The notes under the pieces: model-generated
The model's input: the letters and a program-made list of their open reading frames with translations, nothing else
Told to the model about the DNA's origin: nothing
The model's database searches: none
Position numbers and translations under genes: made by a program
Shown: piece after piece, positions 26,330 through 38,091 of the stretch
Numbering within the stretch: the first letter of the stretch is position 1
Layout: every line of letters starts with the position of its first letter
NCBI GenBank assembly: GCA_026025075.1
Contig: JAPEUI010000070.1
Location: 1-64,000 of the forward strand
DNA length: 64,000 nt
Source: Vezdaea acicularis
Taxonomy: Eukaryota
Reading direction: 5' to 3'

Positions 26330-29300
26330 GATGACAGCTCCCAAGCACGGTCAATCAAGGAAAGAGAAAGGTGGTGGATGAGGGGGGTTGAGCCAGCAAT
26401 AGGGAGGTAGAAGAGAATATCTATAGAAGGAAAGTTGGGGAATCTTTGCCCGTCGCCGCGCTGGAGGGTGTCGGCGATTGGAGTAGCGTTCGGTCAATGC
26501 CAGATTTTGAAGGATTTGAGGTAGGAAGTGGGCCGAGGGTTTTATAACATCAACAGCGGCGGATCGTCTTTTCTCGCGCTATGGATAAGACCTGACACAC
26601 ACGCACATACCACCCCACTTGGGCCTCCTCAACGCCGATACAAGCATGATGGAGATGAGACGGCGGGGATGGTCCGCCATACCAGGCCCCTCTTGGTATA
26701 GAGCAAGAAGCCTTGACCGACGATTCGAATCCTTCAGGCGACGCGACTTGATTGGGAGATTGATCGACCAGTACGACGGTGGCAGTCTTCGCGACAACCG
26801 GAGAAATTTAGACGGAAGCAAAACGCAAGCATGATACTGGCAGTACTTTGCCGGTGTCGCAGGACGAGAGGTTGGGGTAAGCGGCGCATGGCAAATGCAG
26901 ACCCCGGCCGTCGCCAAGAGCCCCGGACAATAGCGCGATGCAGTCCACGCGACCTGACGGAGATGGCGCTTCTGGTGTTAGTTCTCCCCATAGCCGTCAT
27001 CATTCATCATCGCCCGACTTGCATGCTTGTACGAGAACTGCTGCAGAGAGCGCCGTCGTGCTCTGGGCCCATCCCAGTCGAACCCACCCTGCCGCCCGAA
27101 CGACTTTAATCACCCTTGACGAGTCGTGCTTCTTGCGCTGTAGTCCGAGCGGGGGATTACAGCTGCTTCACCGGGGCTATTGCCTCCATTTGATCATTCC
27201 ACAAACCACGCGAGCCTCTATCAGCCTGCATGATCTGTGATCCTGCAGCGAAGCGCGCGAAGATGACTCGCCAGGTCGCCTTTGTGCCTGAACGTCGTTC
27301 GGCCGTAGCGTGGAGGAGGAGATAATGGCCAACCAGAAACGATTGGATGGAGAGAGGAAACGAGAAGAGTCGAAGGCGCGATCACTGCCTTCTCGCCCAC
27401 ACGGAACGCGGCATTCCTTCTAGTGCTTTGCCTCTTTTGGTATGGCTTTGTTGTGCTTGGACAGCACGCTGTCACAAACGAAACCGATCCGAGTAGGCAT
27501 CCTTGCCTTGCCACGAGATCATCGCCTTTCCGGACCACTTAGGGCGCTTACTTGCGTATCCAAATGGTTGTTGCATCCCTGGATTGGATTTCGACCCTAG
27601 ACGACCATGAGGTGCAAGGGTGTGAAAGGAGAACGTGGTTTTTCAATCTTGGGATACGAATTGGATTCTCTCGGATGATAGACCAACTCGGCAGTCAGCA
27701 GCAGCTGAGAGGATGGCATGGATAGCCTGCAAACGAAGATTCAATGGAGGTGCTGCGCTACCGCATTAGACTGGGAAATTGAGATTGTGGGCACTGTGGT
27801 TCGAGCAACATGAGGTTCTGCTCAATACAGTCGATCTCAGCGATTCGAGTCAGCTCTGTGCTCTTTCCTTGAATCTCTCATCAATCTCGCAATGAGTTGC
27901 TACTGCTCATTGTATTTCTTTGGGTAACAAAGTCAAACATTGATGAGCGCAGGTTGCGTCTTGGATACCCTACTCTGGAAGGCTCCGGGATGAGGCATCC
28001 TGTGAAAAGCACACGCGAACTAAAATCGCGCAAACATATGGTCGTGAGATCTAGAGCATACCCCACGGTCGAAAACAAGCCTGGAGCAGGTATTGTGGCG
28101 GCAGCTGGTCAATGCAGGAAGATCGTTTCAGAGTGGGGAATGGTGTGGGCTCAAGTCTATGCTGGGACATTATGCTATCCGGTCGAGAACCATCAGTCCC
28201 TGACTGACGTTCCCTCAACCTGGTACCCTTCACACTGGATCATTCGGCGTAAAAAGGGGCAAACTCCACAGGCAGCGATCGAGGAAGGACCATGGAGATT
28301 GCACCACGATTTTCTTGATGGTCACGTGTCAAAGCCTGTTCCAAAGGCTGGAGTTCATAGGAACCAGGGATTAGACAGCCACCTCCATCACCCCGCCTTA
28401 GCCTAGCATTAGACGGAATGATCGTGCATTCATCCACACCATGAACCTGCATTGCTAGGAAGAAGATTGCCGTACGCTATTGGAAGAAAGGCGTTCTTAG
28501 CCCTTTGAATACCCGACATGATTTGGTATTGCGAATATCATGTATACTCCTACCAGCAAGCTTTGAACTACGTTTTGCCCGATGTTTACATCTATAACTG
28601 GCACTTAGGAGCTCGAGCTGTCCGCAATCTGGGATGAATCGGCACGATCGGGTCGACATGTTCGAAGAGTGCTGCCACATTAGGGGTAAGCTCTACGAAG
28701 CTATCGACACGTCTTCCGACACGTCTTCCAGTGCGGTAAGTCTGTGTCCAGAAAAGTCCACGAACAAAGGTCTCCCAGGCGGCCACATTGTCCGATGTGG
28801 CCGCTTCGAGCTGGGGTAAATCCGCGCCGGATCTACCAGGTCTCCCCGAACTTCACTTTCTGTTGGCCTCTAGCGGCTGCATACCATCAGTGGAGTATCC
28901 AGCGATTTTCATACAAATGGTCTATGGTTGTACCATCCTGGATATTGTCGCGGACGGAAAATCAAGATGGCGTTGGAACCTTTCAGCTTGGTGAGCGATT
29001 TAAACGATAGGGCTTGGGAAACGAGATTGCCCAGTCCGAATTATACAGTACATACACCCCACCAAGCGCAGAAGCTTTTTGTCGCTTGCATGTGCCGTAT
29101 CACTGCATTAACTTTGACGCACGGCCTTGCGAGAACGTCTGTTAACATACAATGCACGAGCATGGAGCAATCGAGACTAGGCCTTGCCATCGCAATAAAA
29201 TCCTTCCAGCTCGCGATTCAGGTCTAGCCAGATGAATAGCAGCCCTTGAGCTTCTGGATCACAGTAATCTTGGGATCATCGCACCTGACCTGGTGTTTCA

Positions 29301-31156
29301 GGACTGGCTCTGAGCCTAGGGCCAATTGCTATCTTTCATCTAAGCGATAGGACCTTTTATCAGGACACACTTTGTATAGCCGGTCTCCACAGTCGTCTAT
29401 TTGATGCTGGAGGATGCTCTCATGTTTACATTCTGTTTCAGCTTGATACATCCAGCTCTAAGGGACACGCTCAAAGCTGTGGCCAAGTCCCAAAGGACAG
29501 AGAAAGCCAGTCCTTGGCTCGATATTACATTTCAGGTCTCTCTCACACGAGCTCAGTTCACTAGAAGATCTAGAGCATGTTAGATCTCTTCCTGAGCTGC
29601 AGGACTGCGAAGAAGCCTCCAGTGAGCTGAGGATCCGCTGTCCTTCCCCTGACTTCAGATTGCTTGACAAGCGCTCTGCGATCAATGCGCCCGCCCCCAA
29701 CCGTCACATCGATCGCCGCTAGTGGCCGATAGGCACTCTTACGGATAGCTCTTCACGATCCAGAAAGGTGAAAGGGGACATCTTGCTAGCTAAGAGCGGT
29801 GAATAGCTCCTTGATCCAGAGTCACACGGTACCATTATCAGAATTGCCCCGCCTACGTCACACTCCCGCCCCCAAGATCTTCCTGCTGGTGGGGTAAGTG
29901 GAGATCTCGTCAGAAGCGCACCAATCAGGCGAGCCTTTGGCGCCCATCCCTGCTCCACGTGGCGGCCCGAAAATGCTAGCAGCAACGGTTATGCACGAAT
30001 ACAAGCGCAACGATGGAGAAGTCTGGCAGGCGATGAACTAGGGATCGATTGGACCCCAGAACCTCTCCACAATTTGATTACAGCACGCCAAAACCTTCTC
30101 CCTCGCCCCGTTCCATCCGGACCTTCCAGAAGACTTCTAGCGCGCGCGATTCCCCACGGGCTTTTCCCATGCACGCGCCATGTGTCTCGCCTCCTTCTAA
30201 TCTTACCCCCCCCCGCTGGAAAACCTACGCGGCGCCTAACGGGCTGATAGGCGTTCACACTTGCGGCCACGAGGACGGTGCATGTCTGAGATAGAGGCGA
30301 CGCCTGGGGAAGGGGGCTTGTCTCTCGGCAGCGGCCACCCCCCCTTCCCCTTCGTTGCTAGGGTGGTAGCCACGCGAGATGCTGCCGGGATTCGGGGCGA
30401 TCCATCTGTTATCTGCCCCGAGAGGCCGAGACGCGGTATCTGAAGGCGGGAAGGGTGGGGAAGCTGGGGCCAAGGGGGAATGAGCATCACGGTGAAGGCG
30501 CTGTGCCTTGCTTCGCACGCGTGCGCTCCGCGGTGGAGGAATAGCCTTCACGAGTTCCGTGAAGAGGGCGTCCTGTAATTTGGAATTCCTGGATTCGTAA
30601 ACAACTTGTCTCATCTGGTCTTCACGGGTCACGTTGCACAGAGTGTTCGATCTCTTCGCGCTAAAGGTATTGGATGCTTGAGAACTAGCCAACCCCCCCT
30701 TTGTGTATCTCCTAAGTTCATGCAATGCCTGCAGTTCTGACGACGTGCTGAAAGATCACCACCCTGACCGCCCTTCCACGTTTCTTCTATGCGTCTTCTA
30801 GCCCAGCCCTAATGCAAGTCCAATGCGGCAAGCCTCTTTTGCCGGTGAACATCATAGGGCACTTCATGCAGGCATCTTGAGGCATGCAAGAAGGCCTGAA
30901 AATTGGACGTGTGAGTTGAGGAATTGTTAGTGCGCACCGAGATACGAGGCCCGTATTGTACCTCGAGCTAGAGACTTGAATGGCTGTGGGAAAGAGAAGC
31001 CATGGTGCTATGTGGGAGGGATAATGGAGAGATCCGCATGGGTAGACCTCTTCATGTGAAGAAGGATTAGGAAGGTCTTCAGCGGAACCGCTGCACTAGA
31101 CCATATTGGCAGTGTTGTTGGGAACACCATGCAACGGACAGGCAACCTAATCTTCT

Positions 31157-32650
31157 CTATTCAAGAAGATTCGGCAGGTCATCAACAGAAGCTTTACCGT
31201 GGAGGATCTCTGTGTTGCGAATTAGCCCCATAACTGGTAGCAACCCCGGAGCCTTACGGGACTAGCAGACTCACGATACACAGCCGTAAACAACGGATAT
31301 TCCCTTTCCAATCCTCTTTTGCTCAGGAAGCCATACACGTCAATGGCTGTCGACGTGCCCTGCAATTTCTGCCCATCCAATTCGGTCGCCTCGATCTCAT
31401 CCACAGTGACACCTTTCTCTACCGCTAACTTGGCGCAACGATAGTTTCGCCCTCCTGAGCAGCTCGTGATTAGATCTGCGACGCCGCAGCTCTCCTCCGT
31501 AAAAGTTTGCGGATGTACGGTGTTTCCAAAGAACTGCTTTCCGAATTGCACCATTTCAAGGAGGCCTACACGCATGATAGCAGCTTTGGCGTTGTCGCCC
31601 CAGCCTCGGCCGCTCACGAAGCCAGCCGCAAGGGCGACGATGTTCTTGAGCGCTCCGCCCAGAGACACGCCAGCAACGTCCGAGACCATACGGACCTGGA
31701 AGTAAGTCCGATGAAAGAGGGTCTTCAGGACGGCATGGTCTAGTGGCGGATAATCTGCTGGGAGCGGCTTCAGCTTCACCTTAGATGCCATCCCTGAGGA
31801 GTCCTTGTGGTCGAGAGACGTGATGGTGAGGTCTACCGCTGAAGACATTGGTGATTGTGTCTTTGGTGTGGGGTTCCGTGAATCCATGGCTGGAGGATCA
31901 TAAGCTATCGTGGTTTCGGAGTATTTCTCTTGGGCTACTTCGTTGGCAATGTTTGCGCCTGACAGAGCTCCGCAGTATATTCCTAGCTTCTCGCCGATAG
32001 ACTCTGAGAAGAGGCTGATCCCGCTATCGGAGACGTCCACACCCTTGATACAAGAGACCCCACGAGCATATGGCAATATATTGCCTTTCAGCTGATTACA
32101 GATGCCGCCTATGAATTGATGAGGCAGATTGAAGACGAGTATAGTTGAGTTGTGCACAGCGTCCTTAAGTGACGGGTTCGCAATGACATTTGTAGGGAGA
32201 GGGATGTCAGGCAGATACTTGACGTTCTCGTGCAATGTATTTATGAGAACTGTGAGCTTCTGTGGCTCGGTCGAAAGAGGTGAAGAAGCATCGTAACGTT
32301 TGGACGTCTTGGCCAAGTTTATTGTCTCCTCGTATACCCACATGTGGACTTCGGGTTCGAAGAGCTCGGGGTGCGCTTTGGCATTGTCGGCGACAATCTT
32401 AGAAATAGCTGATCCCCTGCCACGTTATTAGTCTATTAAATAATCCATGAATGATACTATTCTACCAGTTTCCCGAACCCACCACAGTGATCTTGTGTCG
32501 TTTCGAAGAAGGGCCAAGAGTGGCCATGTTTGCGATGAAGTTATGGGACAGGTGGGTTTTAACGCTCTTTCCCAAATGAATCGGTAGAAGGGCCTTGAAC
32601 TTTATCACTTTGCAACATGGACTTGCGGTCGGACGTATGATCCTGAACAT
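31157..32650 (-). CDS. GPD1: NAD-dependent glycerol-3-phosphate dehydrogenase, 3 exons; two in-frame ATGs (32650, 32527)
   Basis: VVGSGNWGSAI Rossmann motif, [47 protein letters not shown] at 31157-31159. Confidence 0.94.
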
Positions 32651-33159
32651 GCGACAGTCCGTTGAGTTCAAGATGCTGTCGCGGTAAAGCGAAGGGCGAA
32701 CCGTAGGCACCTTCCTTATGGAGACTCAACTTCGCAAGTGTGGAACCCTCTTCGGTGTTAACAGACTCAACATTCTATGAACAGTCACAAGCAACCATAC
32801 TGGCTCGGATGGGTCCCCTGGGTCAAAAGATGCTTGTGCTGGTAAAGACTGTCTCACAACCGTCCAAGCTGTTGGGTTACGTTCGTCATAGCGCTCACGT
32901 AACGTTATCAGGCGCAAACATCAGCATCTCACAAGCTTAATAACCCTAGGCAGGATGAGTTGTGACAATTCAGTAAACTGCAGAGATCAAACTGCTAGTG
33001 TACTACATGTACGGGCGAACTTGCTTTGGAGACGGTCGAGTACTGTCTCACGAATGCTTCCCAAAGAACTATGACTCAGGTCCCATGACGAAAGCAAGCC
33101 TGGATAGAAGAATACAATATGTACATGCATCGGCTGTTGCTTGATTACATCCATATATG

Positions 33160-34350
33160 CTAGACGACTTTCGAAGGGGATGGGCTCCTTGCGCCTGAAC
33201 CGCTGTTTGCAGTATCTCCGACCGTTCGCTCGCCGTCACCAAACAACTTGCGATAGACCCCATCATAGCTTGCCCAGATGGATCGAAAGACAATGGCATT
33301 AAGTTTTATTAACCATCCTGGTGCTCTGCCCTTCTTGTTGGAAAATAAACGTTGAGCGGTGAAGACAGCGATTATAACCGGGACCCAAGTAAACAGGAAC
33401 AGAAACTTGCCGACCCATTGTCGAGTCTCCGTTATGGTGTACGGCCTGATCGAATATAGATAATCTTTGTACTCCTGTGGGAAGTTGTGCTCTTCGGCCC
33501 CCGTAGTAAGCAGCTTCAAATACCGTGCTGATGGCTGTGCATAACTCGGATCAGGTCGCTGGATTCTCTGCCCATCTAGTCTCTGTGGTTCGCCCAGCTT
33601 GTCTTGTGGTATTTTTGGCGCATAAAGCGTGTGTGCCTTGAACGGGGTAGATTCAGGGTGCTCGGGAACGGGATCAGATGGCGAGAGGGGGTAACAATCG
33701 ACAACGATGTCTTGATATGATGCCCCACCACCTTCAGTCTTGATAATGGTCGCAAAGTCCTCCTTCGTGACCTCGTACACCACTCCAACTAGCCCTTTCT
33801 TCCATCTGTCCTTATGATACTCTGACTTCTGTGACGCACCAAGAAGAGATGTCTTCTCAGGCGACTTCTCTATGACGACAGGCGGTTGATTCCGATAGCG
33901 TACGTTGGCCATGCAGGGTTCTATATAGGGTAAAGCAGCGAGATCAAACGTGAGAACAATCTCCGGGACAACGACAACCATCTCTGACAAGGGGACAATT
34001 CCTCTCTGTCCTCTGAATGTTTTTGCACACATATTCGACCCATATCCAAGGTATAAGACAGTTTGAGACCGGGCTGCGTCTTTTGGAGCGGTCGCGACAT
34101 CTTCTTGGAGGGCCGCAAGATCAAAAGCGGTTTCGGCGACGGATTGGGAGCGTCGTTCTCGACCTATTGGAGGGATCACCTTCTGAGTGTCAGTTGGGGG
34201 AACGTGTCGTGATGGTCGAAACGGTTCGACAACGCGACTCAACGCTGCTTCACCCCTCGCGTCAACCTCATTGTTCTGAGAGCTATGAGACGGAAAGGTC
34301 GGAAGCTTGCTTTCAGAGCTTCTACGTGGAGGCATGTTGAAATGGGGCAA
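33160..34350 (-). CDS. GliK-like gamma-glutamylcyclotransferase-fold protein with C-terminal hydrophobic segment
   Basis: VLYLGYGSNM, LTFDLAALPYIEPCMAN, LVGVVYEVT..IIKTEGGG, QPSARYLKLL..GAEEH. Intronless; first ATG is at about 34335. Confidence 0.82.
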   Translation of the reverse strand: MPHFNMPPRRSSESKLPTFPSHSSQNNEVDARGEAALSRVVEPFRPSRHVPPTDTQKVIPPIGRERRSQSVAETAFDLAALQEDVATAPKDAARSQTVLYLGYGSNMCAKTFRGQRGIVPLSEMVVVVPEIVLTFDLAALPYIEPCMANVRYRNQPPVVIEKSPEKTSLLGASQKSEYHKDRWKKGLVGVVYEVTKEDFATIIKTEGGGASYQDIVVDCYPLSPSDPVPEHPESTPFKAHTLYAPKIPQDKLGEPQRLDGQRIQRPDPSYAQPSARYLKLLTTGAEEHNFPQEYKDYLYSIRPYTITETRQWVGKFLFLFTWVPVIIAVFTAQRLFSNKKGRAPGWLIKLNAIVFRSIWASYDGVYRKLFGDGERTVGDTANSGSGARSPSPSKVV

Positions 34351-35563
34351 TTTTTGATGGTGCTATGTAAGGGCAGGAAGCTGTGTAGTGTAGAGAAAGG
34401 TACCTTTGTTATATAGCAGCTCGGAGCAATAATTTACCCCACTGAGTAATACGAAATGTCGGCGCCGGGGAGAAGTCGCTCCGTTCGCCGTCCCATCGCC
34501 AATGGGCCCCCTGCCACCCCGTCATCTTTTAATTCATTCCAGCCAACGACCGCAATGGACAGGCAGAAGCAAACTAATTAGGCCTCATGTCAGCCATAAG
34601 TGGTCATACCTTAATGGCCAAGGCTCACCGCCATGGAGCCTGCGCACGTATCACACCTATCTGGCCAGCCTGTCGCATTAAGCTCTGGATAAAGTCCGTC
34701 GTCATGAGACGTAGCCCTTGAGACCGTACAAGCATCATAATGAGGTCGGCTAGGTGATGAAGCCAATTGAGTCTGATCTCAGCATAAGATTTTAAATCTT
34801 TCTAGCGTTAGTTGGCTCCTACTCCTCAAGAAGTGCCTGTCTGCGTGTGGGTAAAGCTTGCCAATATCGCACGACTAGCAATGTATTCATCAGCATTGAA
34901 GGATCTTGTTAAAGCGAATAGACTCTTGGTTAATGGGTAGAGCTTTGATGTTTATTTAGAGGAGAGCGACAGCTGTGTTAGAAGCTATACGGGAGGGGTT
35001 CGGCCCTACAATGCTCGTAGCGCATAACCTCAGTTATAATTGAAGGTTTGTGACCAAAGCAAAGATATCTCCTTAAATAAAATCCACTTATGTGCGATAT
35101 GAAATCTCTCTTTAAAAAATTGATGGCTTCTGTCTAGAGATCGATGGTCTCTAGGTGCGGGATACTCTTTCCTTCCTTGTTCAACCTCTAGTTGCATGTC
35201 AGCAACCAGTCCTCTAAGGCTGACCGCTCAGCCACGCGAATCCTCAAAAGAGGTGCAATGAGACGTAGCAACAGCCCATAATCTTATGTTTCCGTCTATG
35301 GTAATCATCCAATCAGCCGTTTTGTTCGCCCTAAGAAAAGTCTTGGGCGGCTTGAGAATTTAGCTTTCGACCAGTGCCCACAACGGCAATTTATGCCCTA
35401 TTAGGGAGAAGGAATACCGGCAGAAACACATACGTTTGTTTACGAGCAACATTTAAAGATTTCACAGAGGTGAAAATTGTGTGACGAAGAGAAGCTAACG
35501 CCTGTCTCTCTTAAGCCTCTGGAACAGGGGACCTTGGACGTAAAAGCACACACTACGATCCTC

Positions 35564-37578
35564 ATGGCAACTATTCAAGATGATCCGGACGACCTGTATG
35601 CACTAAGTCCGACCGGCAAACTGTCACAAGTTACCACTCCGCCTATCGATTTGTTTTCCCATCTCTCTGCGCTACAAGCTGCAGCTGTTCCTGCGAAGAG
35701 TCTTCGAAGTAGTCTCCATACATTACACAAAGATAGCAGTGGTAGCTCATCCCCAGCCCCTGGCAACAGACAACTCGGTGTGAAAAACGCTAAAAGTCCA
35801 TCTAAGATGAACGAAAGGCAAACCAGATCCAAGAGGGTACCTATGAAGACTTACAAGAAGACTAAAACTACACACGATGCTAGCGTCTATGACCTTCCTG
35901 AGCCCCTGGAAGCTCTGGAAGGGCCTATGAAGCCGGAAAGAAACTTAATCTCAAATATAAAAAAAGAGCCTTCCGCATCGACTAAGTCTGCTAGACCCAG
36001 AGTATATGCTGCTTCCAAGTCCAATGCTGCTAAGAAACCAAAAGTCTCAAGTGTCATATCTAGAAAGAACAAAGCAGAACAGCTCAGTAAACCTTTGAGC
36101 GGTAAAGATGATACCAAAGGGCCTCTCAACTTCCAACACATGCCTTCACAGGAAACCACTATCGCGCAGAAGCCCAATACAAAGCCCCCACCATCAAAGA
36201 AATTTGACCTGGTTCAACAAAGGGTTCAGAAACCTTCCGGTGTAACAAAACCTCCTACCACATTCTCAACTGACAGAGTCCACGACGTATGGTCAACAAC
36301 TACAAGACAAGTTCAGGATGATAAGTTCAACCCTCGTACACCTAACCGACCTTATCGACCCCAAGTGATAGAGCTCAGCTCAGGGGAAGATACTGACTCG
36401 TCATCCGAACTCCCCAATCGGCAAAGAAACTCCTTTATCGAAAGACATACCCAGAACTCTGAGAGCCCTTCAATCCAAGCTGCTAGCAAGCATTCGAGCA
36501 CAGCCGCGAGCCAAACCACAACAAAAGTTATCGATAGAGTGATTGTTGATGGCACTCCGCTCTTATCCGATTCTGCGCAACAGGGTGAACCTATAGCGCC
36601 CTTGAATCTCCTTGATGACCACCTCGCTCGAAGGCCATCTATAATATCCTTTAGCAAGCATGGGCCACTGAACCAGGGCAAGTCATCGTCAGCACAGACT
36701 AAGAAGCCACAGACAGCTTCGAGCCCGCCGAGCGATAAATCTAGTGGCACTAAACGACGTATGTTAGGTACTGACTCTGACCACGTATTTAGGGAGAAAA
36801 AACAGCGACTTGACATTGGGTACAATACCCAACGCTTTCATGACAGTCCCAAGGAGAACCGGTCCCCGAAGCTGTCATCCACCTCAGTTTCCCGACCAAG
36901 CGAGATGAAAACCGCCGAATCAATCGACATTTTGCATGCCGAATTAGAGAACCATTCCAGTAACCCGGAGAATAGAGAAGAAAGAAAACACTTGCAGGAA
37001 ATTGATTCCGGGTTTCTAAACTGTATAAATGGCTCCCTGGAAGATCAACAGTACGCCGAGATAGAAAAGGTGAACAATCTAGAGAGGCCGAGCAATAGCC
37101 AGCCACTACTCCTTTCCGACACAACGTATGATCCAGACACAACTCTTGCAGGGGATGATACCACCTTAATAAACAATGATTCGAATATCAACTCCTCGAG
37201 CCCTTTCAGATATTCAGATCATAGTTCTGATGAACTCAAGGCAACCAGCGGGCAGAATTGGCACGATTCTTTGAAACCCCACAACCGTACCCTACTTGAT
37301 TCTCTAATCAAGCTTACTGAGGTGAGCCCCTTCACCTTTCCTCTGTAAGCCTTGGCTAAGGACCATCCGTACAGGGACTTGTGCGCCATATAAACACTCA
37401 AGATATCCAGATTGAAAAACTCGTCGACGAACACCATGTCGATGGGAGCGCATTTATCGATAATATCCAGAAGATTTGTGAACGAAGCCGCCGCTTCATT
37501 GGCAAAGCTCTTGAAGAAACCAATCAGGATCTAGTGGGTAGTTATAGCCATTCTCTGGATATATCGTTGCTAAATTAG
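35564..37578 (+). CDS. Uncharacterised Ser/Lys/Pro-rich protein with C-terminal helical (coiled-coil-like) domain; termini uncertain
   Basis: Long ORF 35477-37348 with first ATG at about 35564. Intron ~37322-37374 joins WHDSLKPHNRTLLDSLIKLTE to GLVRHINTQDIQIEKLVDEH. A further small 3' exon is possible. Confidence 0.65.
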
Positions 37579-38091
37579 TCTTTCCGCAGGGATTAGCGCG
37601 AGTTAGCCAAAGCCAGGAGACCGAGATTGACCCACTCCAGAAGGGCCTTGATACTATGGCAAGTACGCACTCGCGAAGAAGTTTGCATGAGACCCCTTCG
37701 CATCAGCAAACCATCTGATATAGCTGAAAAGATCCGGAAAGCGTCATCAGGACGAGATGGAAGAGGGGGTAGCACAGTAGTAGCAATCTTGCTCAAGTAT
37801 CCTCAAAGTGCGCATAAATCACGTCCGCAAGGAGATTGGGAGAAGGCAATAGAGAACGAGCTGATAGATTCTAGTCTTCTGAAGTCATTGTAGCTTTACG
37901 CTCGCTTGCTTTCCGTGGCCTTAGGGGCTTTTTTAGCTAGTCTCTAGTAATAATAGATTGCATTAAGCTTTCCAACGCCAACTACATGCAGCAACGAGAC
38001 TTAACAGGCCTTTCTATATCCCATCCACTAAATGAAACACGCTCCGTATGCGAACTTATTACGAAAATACCGCCCAATACCGCCCACACTA

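Noticed and set aside
26330..31156. Telomerase RNA or other known ncRNA in the long gap
   Set aside because: I saw no TAACCCT template on either strand and no recognisable tRNA, snRNA, RNase P/MRP or SRP motifs. An Rfam scan is still needed.
31080..31280. Cryptic peroxisomal (PTS1) isoform of GPD by readthrough or alternative splicing
   Set aside because: Readthrough ends ..QRFR, intron retention ends ..QLWG and the nearby alternative acceptor ends ..HPPR. None is SKL-like, and the stop is not in a TGA-CTA context.
21656..34350. Gliotoxin/ETP-like cluster (MFS transporter + GliK-like gene)
   Set aside because: No NRPS, P450, GST, thioredoxin reductase, methyltransferase or Zn2Cys6 gene. The two genes are 10 kb apart among housekeeping genes.
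35190..35476. Pseudogenised or A-to-I-corrected 5' extension of the 35.5-kb gene
   Set aside because: About four stops of all three types in roughly 95 codons matches random expectation, and the peptide is not recognisable.
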